Program-made: the position numbers and the translations under genes
Notes under the pieces: generated by a model
Databases searched by the model: none
What the model was told of the DNA's origin: nothing
What the model saw: the letters and a program-made list of their open reading frames with translations, nothing else
NCBI GenBank assembly: GCA_964456475.1
Contig: CAYVZI010000003.1
Span: forward strand, 14,092 to 78,091
Length of the DNA stretch: 64,000 nucleotides
Direction of reading: 5' to 3'
Source: an uncultured Candidatus Saccharibacteria bacterium
Lineage (GTDB): Bacteria; Patescibacteriota; Minisyncoccia; Phycocordibacterales; UBA9973
Shown here: piece after piece, positions 8,083 to 17,258 of the stretch
Position numbering within the stretch: position 1 is the first letter of the stretch
How the letters are laid out: the number at the start of each line of letters is the position of its first letter

Positions 8083-9900
8083 ATGGAAAAATACAAACAA
8101 AACCTATTAGAAAAACTTCATACGCATATTTCCCATATGCAAGAGAAGATTCTTGAAAGCATGGATAGTGTTCGTGGAATGGCGACGAAGAGTTTGAAAG
8201 AAATCGGCTCGATGCAACCGGCAGATCAATTGGTGTATATGCAACTTAAAGCCTACGCCGTGGATCGAATGGAGCAATTAGAGAGGTTGCATGGAAGTCC
8301 GTACTTTACGGAGTGTGAGGTTGTGGATGATGTAACAGGCGAAATAAAGAAATATTTTTTTGCTAAGCATCAATTTGTAGAAGAGTCACTCTACTCGTGG
8401 GTTTCGCCGATTGCTTCGATTCGATTTGAAACACCAGGGCCGATCGAATATACAAATCCAAACGGCGACACAAAAAAGATGACAATCGTCCGTAAGGAAC
8501 AATATATGATTGTCGATGGCAAAGTTCTCTTCTTTACCGAAGAAGAACAAAACAAAGCACGCAATCTTATCTATCAAGAACATTTTACAAAGCAAAAATC
8601 AGAATTCATCCTGCCGGAAATTGTCGCTCAGATGGAAAAGGCGCAAGACACGGTTATTCGCGCTGGTTACAAATATCCACTCGTTATTTCTGGCCCTGCT
8701 GGTTCAGGGAAGACAACTCTTGCGCTTCACCGTGTGGCATATCTCACGCAAGCACCGGACACTGCTTCGCTCTATACCACTGACTCTATCATTGTGCTTG
8801 TGCAAGATTCTGGAACCCGAGATTACTTCTCACACTTGCTTCCCGGTCTTGGTATACACGGAGTTTCGATTGGGACGTTTTCTGAGTGGGCAATGACCGT
8901 GCTTGGTCTGGAAGGGTATACATATGTGAGTCGATACGGAAACACTGAGGAAGAGAAAGACTTGTATGAATATCAAAAATTGCAGACGCTCCGAGAAGGG
9001 AAGTGTATCTACAGTAGCGACCCATCCACAACACTCGCTCGTGGATACAAGAAATATTTTTCAAAAAATAGTGTTGCAATTTTTGACCAGCAGAAAAAAG
9101 AGAAGGTTCTCGACCGATTTGATTTAACTATTTTGCTGCACGCACATCTAGAAAAATTCGGAAAGTTTGAAATAGTGCGGGAATACAATTCTATTGTGAA
9201 GGGGGTAATGAAAAAGAAGATTCAAAAAAGAGACGTAGTGTATTCTCTGGCAATTATTGATGAATTTCAAAACTACCTTCCTGAACAACTTTCAATTCTC
9301 AAACAATGCGTGAGCGACAAAACAGAATCAATATTGTATGTGGGTGATATGGGACAACAGGTGTATCTTGGTACTATCAAAAACTGGAGCGATATGGCTG
9401 AGTCAATCAAGCCCGAGCGAAACATCCGTCTCGACAAGGTGTATCGAAACACAAGAAACATTCTCGAGTATATTCAATCACTTGGATATAAAGTAGGAAT
9501 TCCCGAAGGAATAAAACAAGGTCCGGAAGTCGTAGAAAAAATATGCGAGAATGCAATCTCTGAAATAGCTCATATCAAAAATCATATTGAGAAATATAAA
9601 GAGGGAAGTATTGGTGTGATTGCAAAAAATTCCGAATATCTTGAACTGTTTCGAAAAGAATTTGGTGAACACAAAAACATCCACCTACTCACCATGCAAG
9701 AATCGCAAGGGGTCGAATTTGACCTTGTGTGTATTGTTGGGGTTAACGACGAAACATTTAAGGTCGCTGAATATGCCGGAGTATCACCGACTCATATCGA
9801 AGAGCGAAAGCGAATCCAAAAAGATTTGCTCTATGTGGCGCTTACCCGAGCAATTACTGAGTTGCATGTACTCGGAAAAGAAAAACCAATCCTCCCTTAA
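8083..9900 (+). CDS. UvrD/Rep-superfamily DNA helicase, helicase IV/HelD-like
   Basis: N-terminal domain of about 190 aa, then Walker A LVISGPAGSGKTT. C-terminal QESQGVEFD and LYVALTRA motifs of the UvrD family. Confidence 0.65.
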   Translation: MEKYKQNLLEKLHTHISHMQEKILESMDSVRGMATKSLKEIGSMQPADQLVYMQLKAYAVDRMEQLERLHGSPYFTECEVVDDVTGEIKKYFFAKHQFVEESLYSWVSPIASIRFETPGPIEYTNPNGDTKKMTIVRKEQYMIVDGKVLFFTEEEQNKARNLIYQEHFTKQKSEFILPEIVAQMEKAQDTVIRAGYKYPLVISGPAGSGKTTLALHRVAYLTQAPDTASLYTTDSIIVLVQDSGTRDYFSHLLPGLGIHGVSIGTFSEWAMTVLGLEGYTYVSRYGNTEEEKDLYEYQKLQTLREGKCIYSSDPSTTLARGYKKYFSKNSVAIFDQQKKEKVLDRFDLTILLHAHLEKFGKFEIVREYNSIVKGVMKKKIQKRDVVYSLAIIDEFQNYLPEQLSILKQCVSDKTESILYVGDMGQQVYLGTIKNWSDMAESIKPERNIRLDKVYRNTRNILEYIQSLGYKVGIPEGIKQGPEVVEKICENAISEIAHIKNHIEKYKEGSIGVIAKNSEYLELFRKEFGEHKNIHLLTMQESQGVEFDLVCIVGVNDETFKVAEYAGVSPTHIEERKRIQKDLLYVALTRAITELHVLGKEKPILP

Positions 9901-9916
9901 CCGGGTTAAGGGAGGA

Positions 9917-10750
9917 TTAGTTTTTAGAAGAATAGAAATGCTTTTTGAATTTCGCATGCCATTTTGTCGAATCCTTTTTTGAACGAATGATGGTGATTTT
10001 TGTTGAGTCTTTACGATTACAGATTTTTTCGAGTTCGAGTTTGTTTTCGTGAGTAATTTTCGCGTATTTTTTGAAAAACAGATCTATGTCTTCGCCGAAT
10101 CGTTTGCTCGTAGATACTTTGAAAGTATAATCACCGACCACGTTGATATATTCTGTTTTTCCTAATCCATAATTGATACCTGTGCCGATTTGTCGGTATT
10201 TGTCACTATATATTTTTTTGAATTCAGTATCGAGAGGGGAAGTGCTTCCGAGTGCAAAGAACACAGGTTTTTTGTCGTCTTTGAAGCGACTGAGGAAAAA
10301 GAGTTCCGATTCAGTTCGTGCATGAATGAGCCACTCGTGTGGGTGAAAAACGAGAATAGGAATTTTTGCATCATGACGATTGAATATTGGATTGTAGGCA
10401 TGCGTCCAGAATATTCCCATCAAAATCGGGTTCTTGAATTTATAGGTAATTTTGTCCCCATCTTCTAGTGAGAAGATTTCGTGAGTACTCTCACTCGGAT
10501 CAATATATTTTTTACTGAAACGATACACTTTCTGAAGCCATTGTCGATTCAGCGTGTACACTTTTTTCTGTTTGGTTATGACTTCTTCTTCGATAAGCCT
10601 GCGGAGAATACGATAAAACGTCTCCTTTGAAATTGAGGAGTCTTTTTTTATAAGCTCGGAAAGCAGGGTAGGGCCTTCGACTTCACTAGAATGTAAAAGT
10701 TCCACAATATATTCCTCTATTTTCTTATCTCCATTTTGCGCGAGAAGCAT
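9917..10750 (-). CDS. wHTH-domain protein of unknown function, paralog A of 12385-13206
   Basis: N-terminal winged-helix-like region (TFYRILRRLIEEEVITK). C-terminal domain shares NPHEW, G(S/N)T(S/P)PLDT and DY.F motifs with paralog B. Start placed at the ATG that gives MLLAQ... Confidence 0.55.
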   Translation of the reverse strand: MLLAQNGDKKIEEYIVELLHSSEVEGPTLLSELIKKDSSISKETFYRILRRLIEEEVITKQKKVYTLNRQWLQKVYRFSKKYIDPSESTHEIFSLEDGDKITYKFKNPILMGIFWTHAYNPIFNRHDAKIPILVFHPHEWLIHARTESELFFLSRFKDDKKPVFFALGSTSPLDTEFKKIYSDKYRQIGTGINYGLGKTEYINVVGDYTFKVSTSKRFGEDIDLFFKKYAKITHENKLELEKICNRKDSTKITIIRSKKDSTKWHAKFKKHFYSSKN

Positions 10751-10770
10751 ATGTATAAGTATATCAAAAA

Positions 10771-10787
10771 GTGTCAAAAAATGACAC
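10771..10787. promoter_or_regulatory. Perfect inverted repeat GTGTCA-N5-TGACAC in the divergent paralog A / CDPS promoter region
   Basis: Read directly. It lies 21 nt upstream of the paralog A start. Confidence 0.45.
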
Positions 10788-10876
10788 TAATATATCAAAA
10801 AACAACATAATGTAGATTATGTCAAATAATGCCTATATGCTGATGAAAATCATTTTTCACAAATAAAAAATCGCAT

Positions 10877-11524
10877 ATGGAAATCAAAGAATATTCCCAG
10901 GTTGGCATGGATGCTGTATCTGAAAGACAAACGATCATCATTGGAATGAGCGTGAACAACAGTTATTTTAACGAAAGTAATATCGAGAAACTTCTTCTTT
11001 GGGCGAGAGAGAAAACCGATTCAGTATTTGTAATGATTCCAGATAAGCCAGCCGTTGCTACATTCTTGTCGTTAGGGTATTCAAACGAGGAGTCAGAACG
11101 AAAAGCTCGACTGAAATCAAATAATCTTGAAAACAAATGTAGGGTGATTATAAAACGACATGATATTCAAGGAATTACAATCATTCGCTGGAATGATGTT
11201 GTTGGGTCTCTTCGGTACGTTGAATCAATTAGAGATATAAAGTATTCGTATGATGACGATATGGAATTTAAAGAAAAACTCCGTTTAACTACAAAAGGTG
11301 TCTTGTCTTACGCCGGCAAAACCGAAATAACAGACAGTGTCATTGATTACGGAGTACTCTTTTTATTGCAAGAGTTGGCATTTATTGCAAGATCAACACT
11401 GATTTTGAAAAAAGAAAAAGTTGCTTACGTATATCATCAAACAATGGAAGTACTCAAAAATATATTTGAAAATAAGTATCAATTTGCAGCTGATCCGAAT
11501 GTCGGGTTTGTAACAGTAGGATAA
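10877..11524 (+). CDS. tRNA-dependent cyclodipeptide synthase (CDPS, AlbC family)
   Basis: IIGMSVNNSYF...LLLWA matches the AlbC IGISAGNSYF...LLQWA region with the catalytic Ser. YGVLFLLQELAFIA matches the conserved Y...E, and VAYVYHQ matches the YH region. Size is about 215 aa. Confidence 0.75.
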   Translation: MEIKEYSQVGMDAVSERQTIIIGMSVNNSYFNESNIEKLLLWAREKTDSVFVMIPDKPAVATFLSLGYSNEESERKARLKSNNLENKCRVIIKRHDIQGITIIRWNDVVGSLRYVESIRDIKYSYDDDMEFKEKLRLTTKGVLSYAGKTEITDSVIDYGVLFLLQELAFIARSTLILKKEKVAYVYHQTMEVLKNIFENKYQFAADPNVGFVTVG

Positions 11525-11532
11525 TTTAAAAA

Positions 11533-11561
11533 ATAAAAACCACCGCAAGGGTGGTTTTTTA
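11533..11561. terminator. Bidirectional terminator between the convergent CDPS and methyltransferase genes
   Basis: AAAACCACC-GCAAG-GGTGGTTTTTT. Confidence 0.7.
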
Positions 11562-11574
11562 ATTGTGAACGTAA

Positions 11575-12255
11575 TTATTTTTTCTGCGCGGTTATGATGA
11601 GATACGTCGGATAATTCCATTCGCCAATTCTTTCTGCAGCAGGGAATTCGGCGGCTTCGCGAATCGAACATACGGTAAAATGAGAAAGAAAGTAGTCACT
11701 CAGATATTCAGCCATCGTATGCGATGGTTCTTGAACAGTAATTTCTCGGTTGAAGATTTCTGAGTGCACAATTTCCTTCTTGAAGTAATCGGCTTGCGGA
11801 TTTTTCTTCTCAATGAATTGACGGAATGGGTGAACGACAAGGAATACGAAGTGGCCGCCTTTGCGAATAATGCGTACAACTTCGCGATAGATAGGTTCAA
11901 TGTGTTCGGCGGTTTGCATTGCCCATTTTGATATCACCAGATCAACCTCGTTTGGCTTGAGAAGTGTCTTTGAAAAGTCCCCATGGATTATGCGAGCGTG
12001 AGAGTTTTTCCGAGCAAGTGCAACCATATCAGAAGAACTGTCTATTCCCATACATTTGTGTCCAAGTGAATGAAGGTGGGATATCATGTCTCCTGGTCCG
12101 CAGCCGAGGTCGATCGCATGCCTCTCTTTTTTACCGAGAATGAGTCCAATTGCTCTTTTAAAGTCGTCGACAGATGAACGATTCATTTCTCCAAGACTAT
12201 TTGCAAACGTTTCAGCGATTCCGTCGGTGTATTGCTGTGCGAGATTCTTTTTCAT
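11575..12255 (-). CDS. Class I SAM-dependent methyltransferase
   Basis: Motif I AIDLGCGPGDM and the downstream acidic-loop arrangement of Methyltransf_11/25. Confidence 0.75.
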   Translation of the reverse strand: MKKNLAQQYTDGIAETFANSLGEMNRSSVDDFKRAIGLILGKKERHAIDLGCGPGDMISHLHSLGHKCMGIDSSSDMVALARKNSHARIIHGDFSKTLLKPNEVDLVISKWAMQTAEHIEPIYREVVRIIRKGGHFVFLVVHPFRQFIEKKNPQADYFKKEIVHSEIFNREITVQEPSHTMAEYLSDYFLSHFTVCSIREAAEFPAAERIGEWNYPTYLIITAQKK

Positions 12256-12307
12256 TTTTTTTGTTTTTAAGTAAACAATGATATTTCACCGAGTATGATA
12301 GGGGATA

Positions 12308-12369
12308 TTTGACAAATTGTCAGAAATATTGCATTTAACTATGTTACAGTAAACTTTAAGTTTACTGTT
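12308..12369. promoter_or_regulatory. Two palindromes in the methyltransferase / paralog B divergent promoter: TTGACAAATTGTCAG and ACAGTAAAC-N5-GTTTACTGT. A TATACT -10 box sits just downstream.
   Basis: Read directly at 12309-12323 and 12347-12369. The -10-like box is at 12373-12378. Confidence 0.45.
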
Positions 12370-12384
12370 TGGTATACTCTATTT

Positions 12385-13206
12385 ATGCTCTTGAGCTCAA
12401 AACCAAAGATAAATGAAATGATCGTTTCAATCCTGTCCGAAGGGCCAATTGATAGTTTGGCCTTGCTCGAGCGAGTGCAGAAAAAGATGCCAGTGACAAA
12501 GCAGGCGTTCTATAAGGCCCTTCGAGAGCTTTTGTCTGAAGAGGTGGTAACGAAGAATAAGCAGACGATAATTCTCAGTGGTATATGGCTCAATAAATTG
12601 AAAGGATTTGTGGATGGCGTCGAATCAAACTATCTTGCCGAGTCTTCAAAGCAATTCCTCTCACTTGCTGAAGGGGATACGATGATATTTCGCTTCAAAT
12701 CGATTCTAGACCTTGATCTACTTTGGGTGCATTATTTTTATATGCTTGCAAAGAACATTGATGCACCTGTGCTCTTTTATAATCCGCACGAATTCTGGTC
12801 GTTGTTCCGTTCTGATATTCAAAAACAATTGTATATTTGGATTCAGTCAAACAAGAAAAAAGTCTACCAAGTGATTGGAGGTAATACACCGCTCGATACT
12901 TCAACAACAAATTTGAACAAAAAATACGGCCTTGAAATGGCGTATGAAAATGTGGCAAGCCTTCCAAAACATACAAGTATCACAGTGATTGAAGATTATG
13001 TATTTTATACCGTACTCGACAAAAGTACGGCCCTTGAAATTGATCAGCTGTATAAAAAATATACGACTTGGAAGCCGGAGGTTGAAGCTGAGTTGCAAGC
13101 TATTATTGCTCGCATCAAAAAATCAAAGGTAATAATCGAGCGTAATCACAAAAAAGCCGAGAAATTCCGTAAAAAACTCATGAATCATTTCATTTTTTAT
13201 AAATAA
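12385..13206 (+). CDS. wHTH-domain protein of unknown function, paralog B of 9917-10750
   Basis: Same N-terminal MLL...wHTH (TKQAFYKALRELLSEEVVTK) and same C-terminal motifs as paralog A. Confidence 0.55.
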   Translation: MLLSSKPKINEMIVSILSEGPIDSLALLERVQKKMPVTKQAFYKALRELLSEEVVTKNKQTIILSGIWLNKLKGFVDGVESNYLAESSKQFLSLAEGDTMIFRFKSILDLDLLWVHYFYMLAKNIDAPVLFYNPHEFWSLFRSDIQKQLYIWIQSNKKKVYQVIGGNTPLDTSTTNLNKKYGLEMAYENVASLPKHTSITVIEDYVFYTVLDKSTALEIDQLYKKYTTWKPEVEAELQAIIARIKKSKVIIERNHKKAEKFRKKLMNHFIFYK

Positions 13207-13211
13207 TGACA

Positions 13212-13240
13212 AAAAGTACCACTTTGGTGGTGCTTTTTAT
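13212..13240 (+). terminator. Rho-independent terminator after paralog B
   Basis: GTACCAC-TTTG-GTGGTGC followed by TTTTT. Confidence 0.6.
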
Positions 13241-13583
13241 GTCTTACGGGCAAAATCATTAAAAATGTAAGAGTAAAAACTCTTTACAAAAAATTGTAAT
13301 GCTCGTTGAATGCGATAATTAAGTATTACAGTGTAATGCTCAAAAAGTATCGATGAAAAACGGTATAAAAAATGAGTTATCCACCGTTGCGGGAGTGTGA
13401 ATCGGGGATGTATACTATGCAAACAGTTTTAGATTTGTGCATCGAAAATGATATACACTTGTGCAAAATGTGCTCGGGTAACAGTTTTTTGGTGCATAAG
13501 TCACTCATTATAAGTTGGAAACGGGCAAGGTTGCATTCGTCACTTACATTTTTATTGATAAGTGTATTTTGTAGCCCCGGTAA

Positions 13584-14147
13584 GTGGTTAACATTATGAA
13601 AAAAAGTAATTGGTTTGTCTATACGCTCGGATTTGTCGCTTGTTTTTTGGTGCGTCTCATTCCTTTTCGAGCACCAAACATAGAACCAATACTTTCTGCT
13701 CAGATGCCATTTTCGCGTTCCTATGGAGCCCTTGCTGGCTTCTTTTTTGGCTTTGCGAGTATCGTCCTTTTTGATCTTGTAACCAATCATGTTGGTGTTT
13801 GGACGCTTGTTACGGCTTTTGCATACGGATTTTTGGGTGTTGGCGCTACTCTTTATTTCAAGAATAAGGGAAATAGTGCAAAAACCTATGTATCTTTTGC
13901 AATCGTGGCGACAATTGCCTACGACGCAGTCACTGGACTTACTGTTGGACCACTCTTCTTTCATCAACCAGTCACCGTTGCGCTTGCCGGTCAAATACCA
14001 TTCACAATTCTTCATCTTGTAGGAAATATTTCGTTTGCTTACTTCATTAGTCCAGCTCTGTATCGAATGATTGAGTATTATCAAAAACCCAAACCTGTAG
14101 AAAGTGCCTCACTTATTACCAACAACCCTCTTACTAACCTCTCATAA
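13584..14147 (+). CDS. Small polytopic membrane protein, ECF-transporter S-component-like. A B12-related substrate is possible from context only.
   Basis: About 185 aa with 5-6 TM segments, immediately upstream of the class II RNR. No diagnostic motif. Confidence 0.35.
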   Translation: MVNIMKKSNWFVYTLGFVACFLVRLIPFRAPNIEPILSAQMPFSRSYGALAGFFFGFASIVLFDLVTNHVGVWTLVTAFAYGFLGVGATLYFKNKGNSAKTYVSFAIVATIAYDAVTGLTVGPLFFHQPVTVALAGQIPFTILHLVGNISFAYFISPALYRMIEYYQKPKPVESASLITNNPLTNLS

Positions 14148-14152
14148 ATCTT

Positions 14153-16486
14153 ATGGCAACAAAAAAAACAAAAAACCCAGTCACTAAAAAGACTTCTGTA
14201 TCAAAAAAGGTGACTGTTGCAAAAAAAGGTTCATCTGAAAAAGTTTCATTAATCCAGAAGCGTGATGGTAATGTGGTTCCATTTTCGATTGAACGAGTTG
14301 AGCGAGCAGTACTGAAAGCTTTTGGGGCAACAGGAGAGGGGGGAGAGTCTGAAGCAAAAAAAGTCGCTGAGTCCGTATTGCATATTCTTGCTCATCAAAA
14401 ACAAGAATCAGGAAAGGGGTATGTACCACATGTTGAGCGCGTACAAGACTTTGTTGAGCAAGCACTCATCACACTCAAATTTCCAGTTACCGCAAAGGCA
14501 TACATCTTGTATCGTGAAGAACGCACTCAGAAGCGTAAGGCTGGAGTCTTTGTTCCAGAAAAAGTAAAAGAACTCGTAGCGGCTAGTAAAAAATATTTCC
14601 GTAACCCGCTCGCCGAGCTTGTGTACTACCGCTCATATTCAAACTGGATGAGTGAGGAAGGACGTCGCGAAACCTGGATCGAAACAGTCGACCGCTACAT
14701 GTCATTTATGAAAGAGAACCTCGGTTCAAAACTTTCATCAAGTGAATATGCCGAAGTTCGCGAAGCAATCCTCAATCACGAAGCACTTCCTTCAATGCGC
14801 CTTTTGCAATTTTCTGGCAAGGCTGCACACCGCACAAATGTGTGTGCATACAACTGTTCATTCATCGCCCCACAATCATTCCAAGATTTTGCTGAGATTA
14901 TGTATATCTCAATGTGTGGAACAGGAGTAGGATGGTCTGTTGAGAGTCGCAATATTCAAGCACTTCCTCAGGTCAAAATGCAGACAGGTAAAAAACTGCC
15001 AACCCACTACATCGTAGACAGTAAGGAAGGCTGGGCAGACGCATTTTCTCTTGGTATGAAGACTTGGTATGAAGGAAACGATATTGAATTCGATTTTTCT
15101 CTACTTCGACCAGCTGGTGCACGTCTCAAGACTATGGGTGGAAAGAGTTCTGGTCCGGCACCACTTCAGTCACTTCTTGAATTTACTCGTGAGCGTATTC
15201 TTCGCCGACAAGGACGTCACCTTACAAACCTCGATGCACACGACGTTATCTGTAAAATCGGAGACTGTGTTGTAGCTGGAGGAGTGCGTCGCAGTGCGAT
15301 GATTTCACTCTCTGATCTTGATGATGAAGCAATTCGTGATTCGAAGAAAGGACAGTTTTATCTCAACGAAGGACAGCGTATGCTTGCCAACAACTCTGCT
15401 GTATATGAATCAAAGCCTGAGACCGAAGAATTTTTGGACGAATGGGTTGCGCTTGTAAAATCAAAGTCAGGCGAGCGCGGAATCTTCAATCGTGGGGGTC
15501 TCGCAAAGACATTGCCAAAGCGCCGTCTCGATCAATTCAAAGGTGGTATCTATCCAGCATGGGGAACAAATCCATGCGGAGAAATTATCTTGCAATCAAA
15601 GCAATTCTGTAATCTTTCAGAAGTGGTAGCACGTGCTGAAGATACAGAAGAGACCTTGCTCAAGAAGATTCGTATTGCAACAATCCTTGGAACATATCAG
15701 TCAACGCTCACGTTCTTCCCATACCTTTCAAAAGAATGGAAAAAGAATTGTGAAAAGGAGCGCTTGCTCGGAGTTTCGATTACTGGTCAATGGGATAGTT
15801 CTACTGCTCGAAAAGGCGATGTACTCAAGCGCTTGAAGGATGAAGCAGTTAAGATCAACAAAAAATACGCAGAGAAATTCGGTATCACACAATCTACTTG
15901 TATCACCTGTGTGAAGCCATCAGGAACTGCATCTCAGACCGTGGACTGTTCAAGTGGAATGCATCCTCGTCATGCTCCGTATTACATCCGACGTGTTCGC
16001 ATTTCGGCAACAGATGCACTTTTCAAAATGCTTCGCGATCAAGGCGTGCCGTATTATCCAGAAGTCGGACAGACAATGGAAAATGCATCGACCTTCGTTC
16101 TTGAATTCCCAGTCAAGGCTCCAGACGGTGCAATCTGTAAAGATGATGTTGATGCAATCACTCAACTCGAACACTGGAAGGTGGTGAAGGTAAACTATAC
16201 CGAACACAATCCATCAGTAACTGTTTCTGTGGGAGATGATGAATGGCTCAAGGTGGGTAACTGGGTGTATGAAAACTGGGATATTGTTGGAGGACTTTCG
16301 TTCTTGCCTCGCAGTAACCACGTCTATCGACTCGCTCCGTACGAAGCAATCACCAAAGAAAAATACGAAGAACTTCTTAAGCAAGTAAGTCACATCGACT
16401 TCTCAAAGATTGTTACGTACGAGAAAGACGACGAGACTGAGATTAAGAAGGAATTAGCCTGCGTAGCAGGCGTCTGCGAAGTATAA
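14153..16486 (+). CDS. nrdJ: Class II (adenosylcobalamin-dependent) ribonucleoside-triphosphate reductase NrdJ with an N-terminal Lys-rich tail and ATP-cone
   Basis: ATP-cone (LIQKRDGNVVPFSIERVERAV), NPCGEI catalytic motif, and 777 aa monomeric class II size. Confidence 0.8.
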   Translation: MATKKTKNPVTKKTSVSKKVTVAKKGSSEKVSLIQKRDGNVVPFSIERVERAVLKAFGATGEGGESEAKKVAESVLHILAHQKQESGKGYVPHVERVQDFVEQALITLKFPVTAKAYILYREERTQKRKAGVFVPEKVKELVAASKKYFRNPLAELVYYRSYSNWMSEEGRRETWIETVDRYMSFMKENLGSKLSSSEYAEVREAILNHEALPSMRLLQFSGKAAHRTNVCAYNCSFIAPQSFQDFAEIMYISMCGTGVGWSVESRNIQALPQVKMQTGKKLPTHYIVDSKEGWADAFSLGMKTWYEGNDIEFDFSLLRPAGARLKTMGGKSSGPAPLQSLLEFTRERILRRQGRHLTNLDAHDVICKIGDCVVAGGVRRSAMISLSDLDDEAIRDSKKGQFYLNEGQRMLANNSAVYESKPETEEFLDEWVALVKSKSGERGIFNRGGLAKTLPKRRLDQFKGGIYPAWGTNPCGEIILQSKQFCNLSEVVARAEDTEETLLKKIRIATILGTYQSTLTFFPYLSKEWKKNCEKERLLGVSITGQWDSSTARKGDVLKRLKDEAVKINKKYAEKFGITQSTCITCVKPSGTASQTVDCSSGMHPRHAPYYIRRVRISATDALFKMLRDQGVPYYPEVGQTMENASTFVLEFPVKAPDGAICKDDVDAITQLEHWKVVKVNYTEHNPSVTVSVGDDEWLKVGNWVYENWDIVGGLSFLPRSNHVYRLAPYEAITKEKYEELLKQVSHIDFSKIVTYEKDDETEIKKELACVAGVCEV

Positions 16487-16497
16487 AAGATTTCTAA

Positions 16498-16532
16498 AAT
16501 GAGCGCGCTACTTTGTTGCCGCGCTCATTTTG
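16498..16532 (+). terminator. Rho-independent terminator after nrdJ
   Basis: AAAATGAGCGCGC-loop-GCGCGCTCATTTT. Confidence 0.7.
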
Positions 16533-16601
16533 TTCCCGCAATGTACCTCATGTACATCTTGGTCGCAAAATTCGCTAGCGCCTCGTATCGCATCTCATTT
16601 T
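16533..16601 (+). repeat. Copy A of a 68-nt intergenic element containing the palindrome TGTAC-N5-GTACA (16542-16556). Copy B is at 34073-34140.
   Basis: About 80% identity between the copies. Both lie downstream of a terminator and upstream of a + strand gene. Confidence 0.7.
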
Positions 16602-16621
16602 AAAAACTTTTAATTCAAACT

Positions 16622-17179
16622 ATGCTCTACACCAGAAAAGGCGACGGAGGAACAACTAAAACATTCGGCTGCGATCAGCGAGTTTCAAAAAGCTCGGCTA
16701 TCGCTGAGGCGCTCGGCTCTCTCGACGAAATCAATTCGTTTCTTGGTCTTTTGAAGTTGAAATCAGGTGATGCTGTTTGGGAATTGCCAGAAGAGAAGTT
16801 GGCAGTCGCCGAAACAGTCAATCGCATTCAACAAGACCTCTTCATTGTGCAGGCCGAGCTCGCTGGCGCAGAGAAAACGATTGTCGAAGACAAGGTCAAA
16901 TGGCTCGAATCTATCATTGATGGTATCGAAAAGACACTTCCGCCCATCACCACATTCTTCGTCTCCGGTGGTACCGAGCTCGCCGCACTTTCTGATGTCT
17001 GTCGCACGATTGTACGCCGTGCAGAACGTCGTGTGGTCGCCGTACACGAAGAGGCGACTCGTCCAGTAGGTGAATTCACTCGTGCTTATCTCAACCGCCT
17101 CTCAAGCGTCTTTTACGCCTTTGCTCGTGAGGCAAATCATGTGGCTGGTGTTGCTGAACAATCTCCGAAATACGAATAA
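16622..17179 (+). CDS. PduO-type ATP:cob(I)alamin adenosyltransferase
   Basis: N-terminus YTRKGDGGTTKTFGCDQRVSK matches the PduO/MMAB signature. Confidence 0.75.
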   Translation: MLYTRKGDGGTTKTFGCDQRVSKSSAIAEALGSLDEINSFLGLLKLKSGDAVWELPEEKLAVAETVNRIQQDLFIVQAELAGAEKTIVEDKVKWLESIIDGIEKTLPPITTFFVSGGTELAALSDVCRTIVRRAERRVVAVHEEATRPVGEFTRAYLNRLSSVFYAFAREANHVAGVAEQSPKYE

Positions 17180-17189
17180 TTAGCATTGG

Positions 17190-17258
17190 GTCATTCCAAA
17201 CTTGATTTGGAATCCAGGCTTAATAGTAATGGATTCCGGATCGGAGTCCGGAATGACA
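17190..17258. repeat. MITE-like element: two inverted hairpin modules (GTCATTCC-arm-loop-arm-GGAATCCAGG, then GGATTCCGGA-loop-TCCGGAATGACA)
   Basis: Family members at 19141-19304, 36190-36220, 38781-38809 and 44615-44690. Confidence 0.7.

Noticed and set aside
13207-13583. Possible cobalamin riboswitch in the long leader before the ECF-S-like gene
   Set aside because: I looked for the B12-box core (GCCACTG-like) and the GGUG..AA.UCC pairing elements and found none. Kept only as an unexplained long leader inside the B12 island finding.
13377-14084. 235-aa ORF on the minus strand
   Set aside because: Antisense to the membrane-protein gene and the nrdJ leader. It is Lys/Ser/Cys-rich low complexity with no motifs. 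The + strand membrane ORF gives a coherent TM protein.
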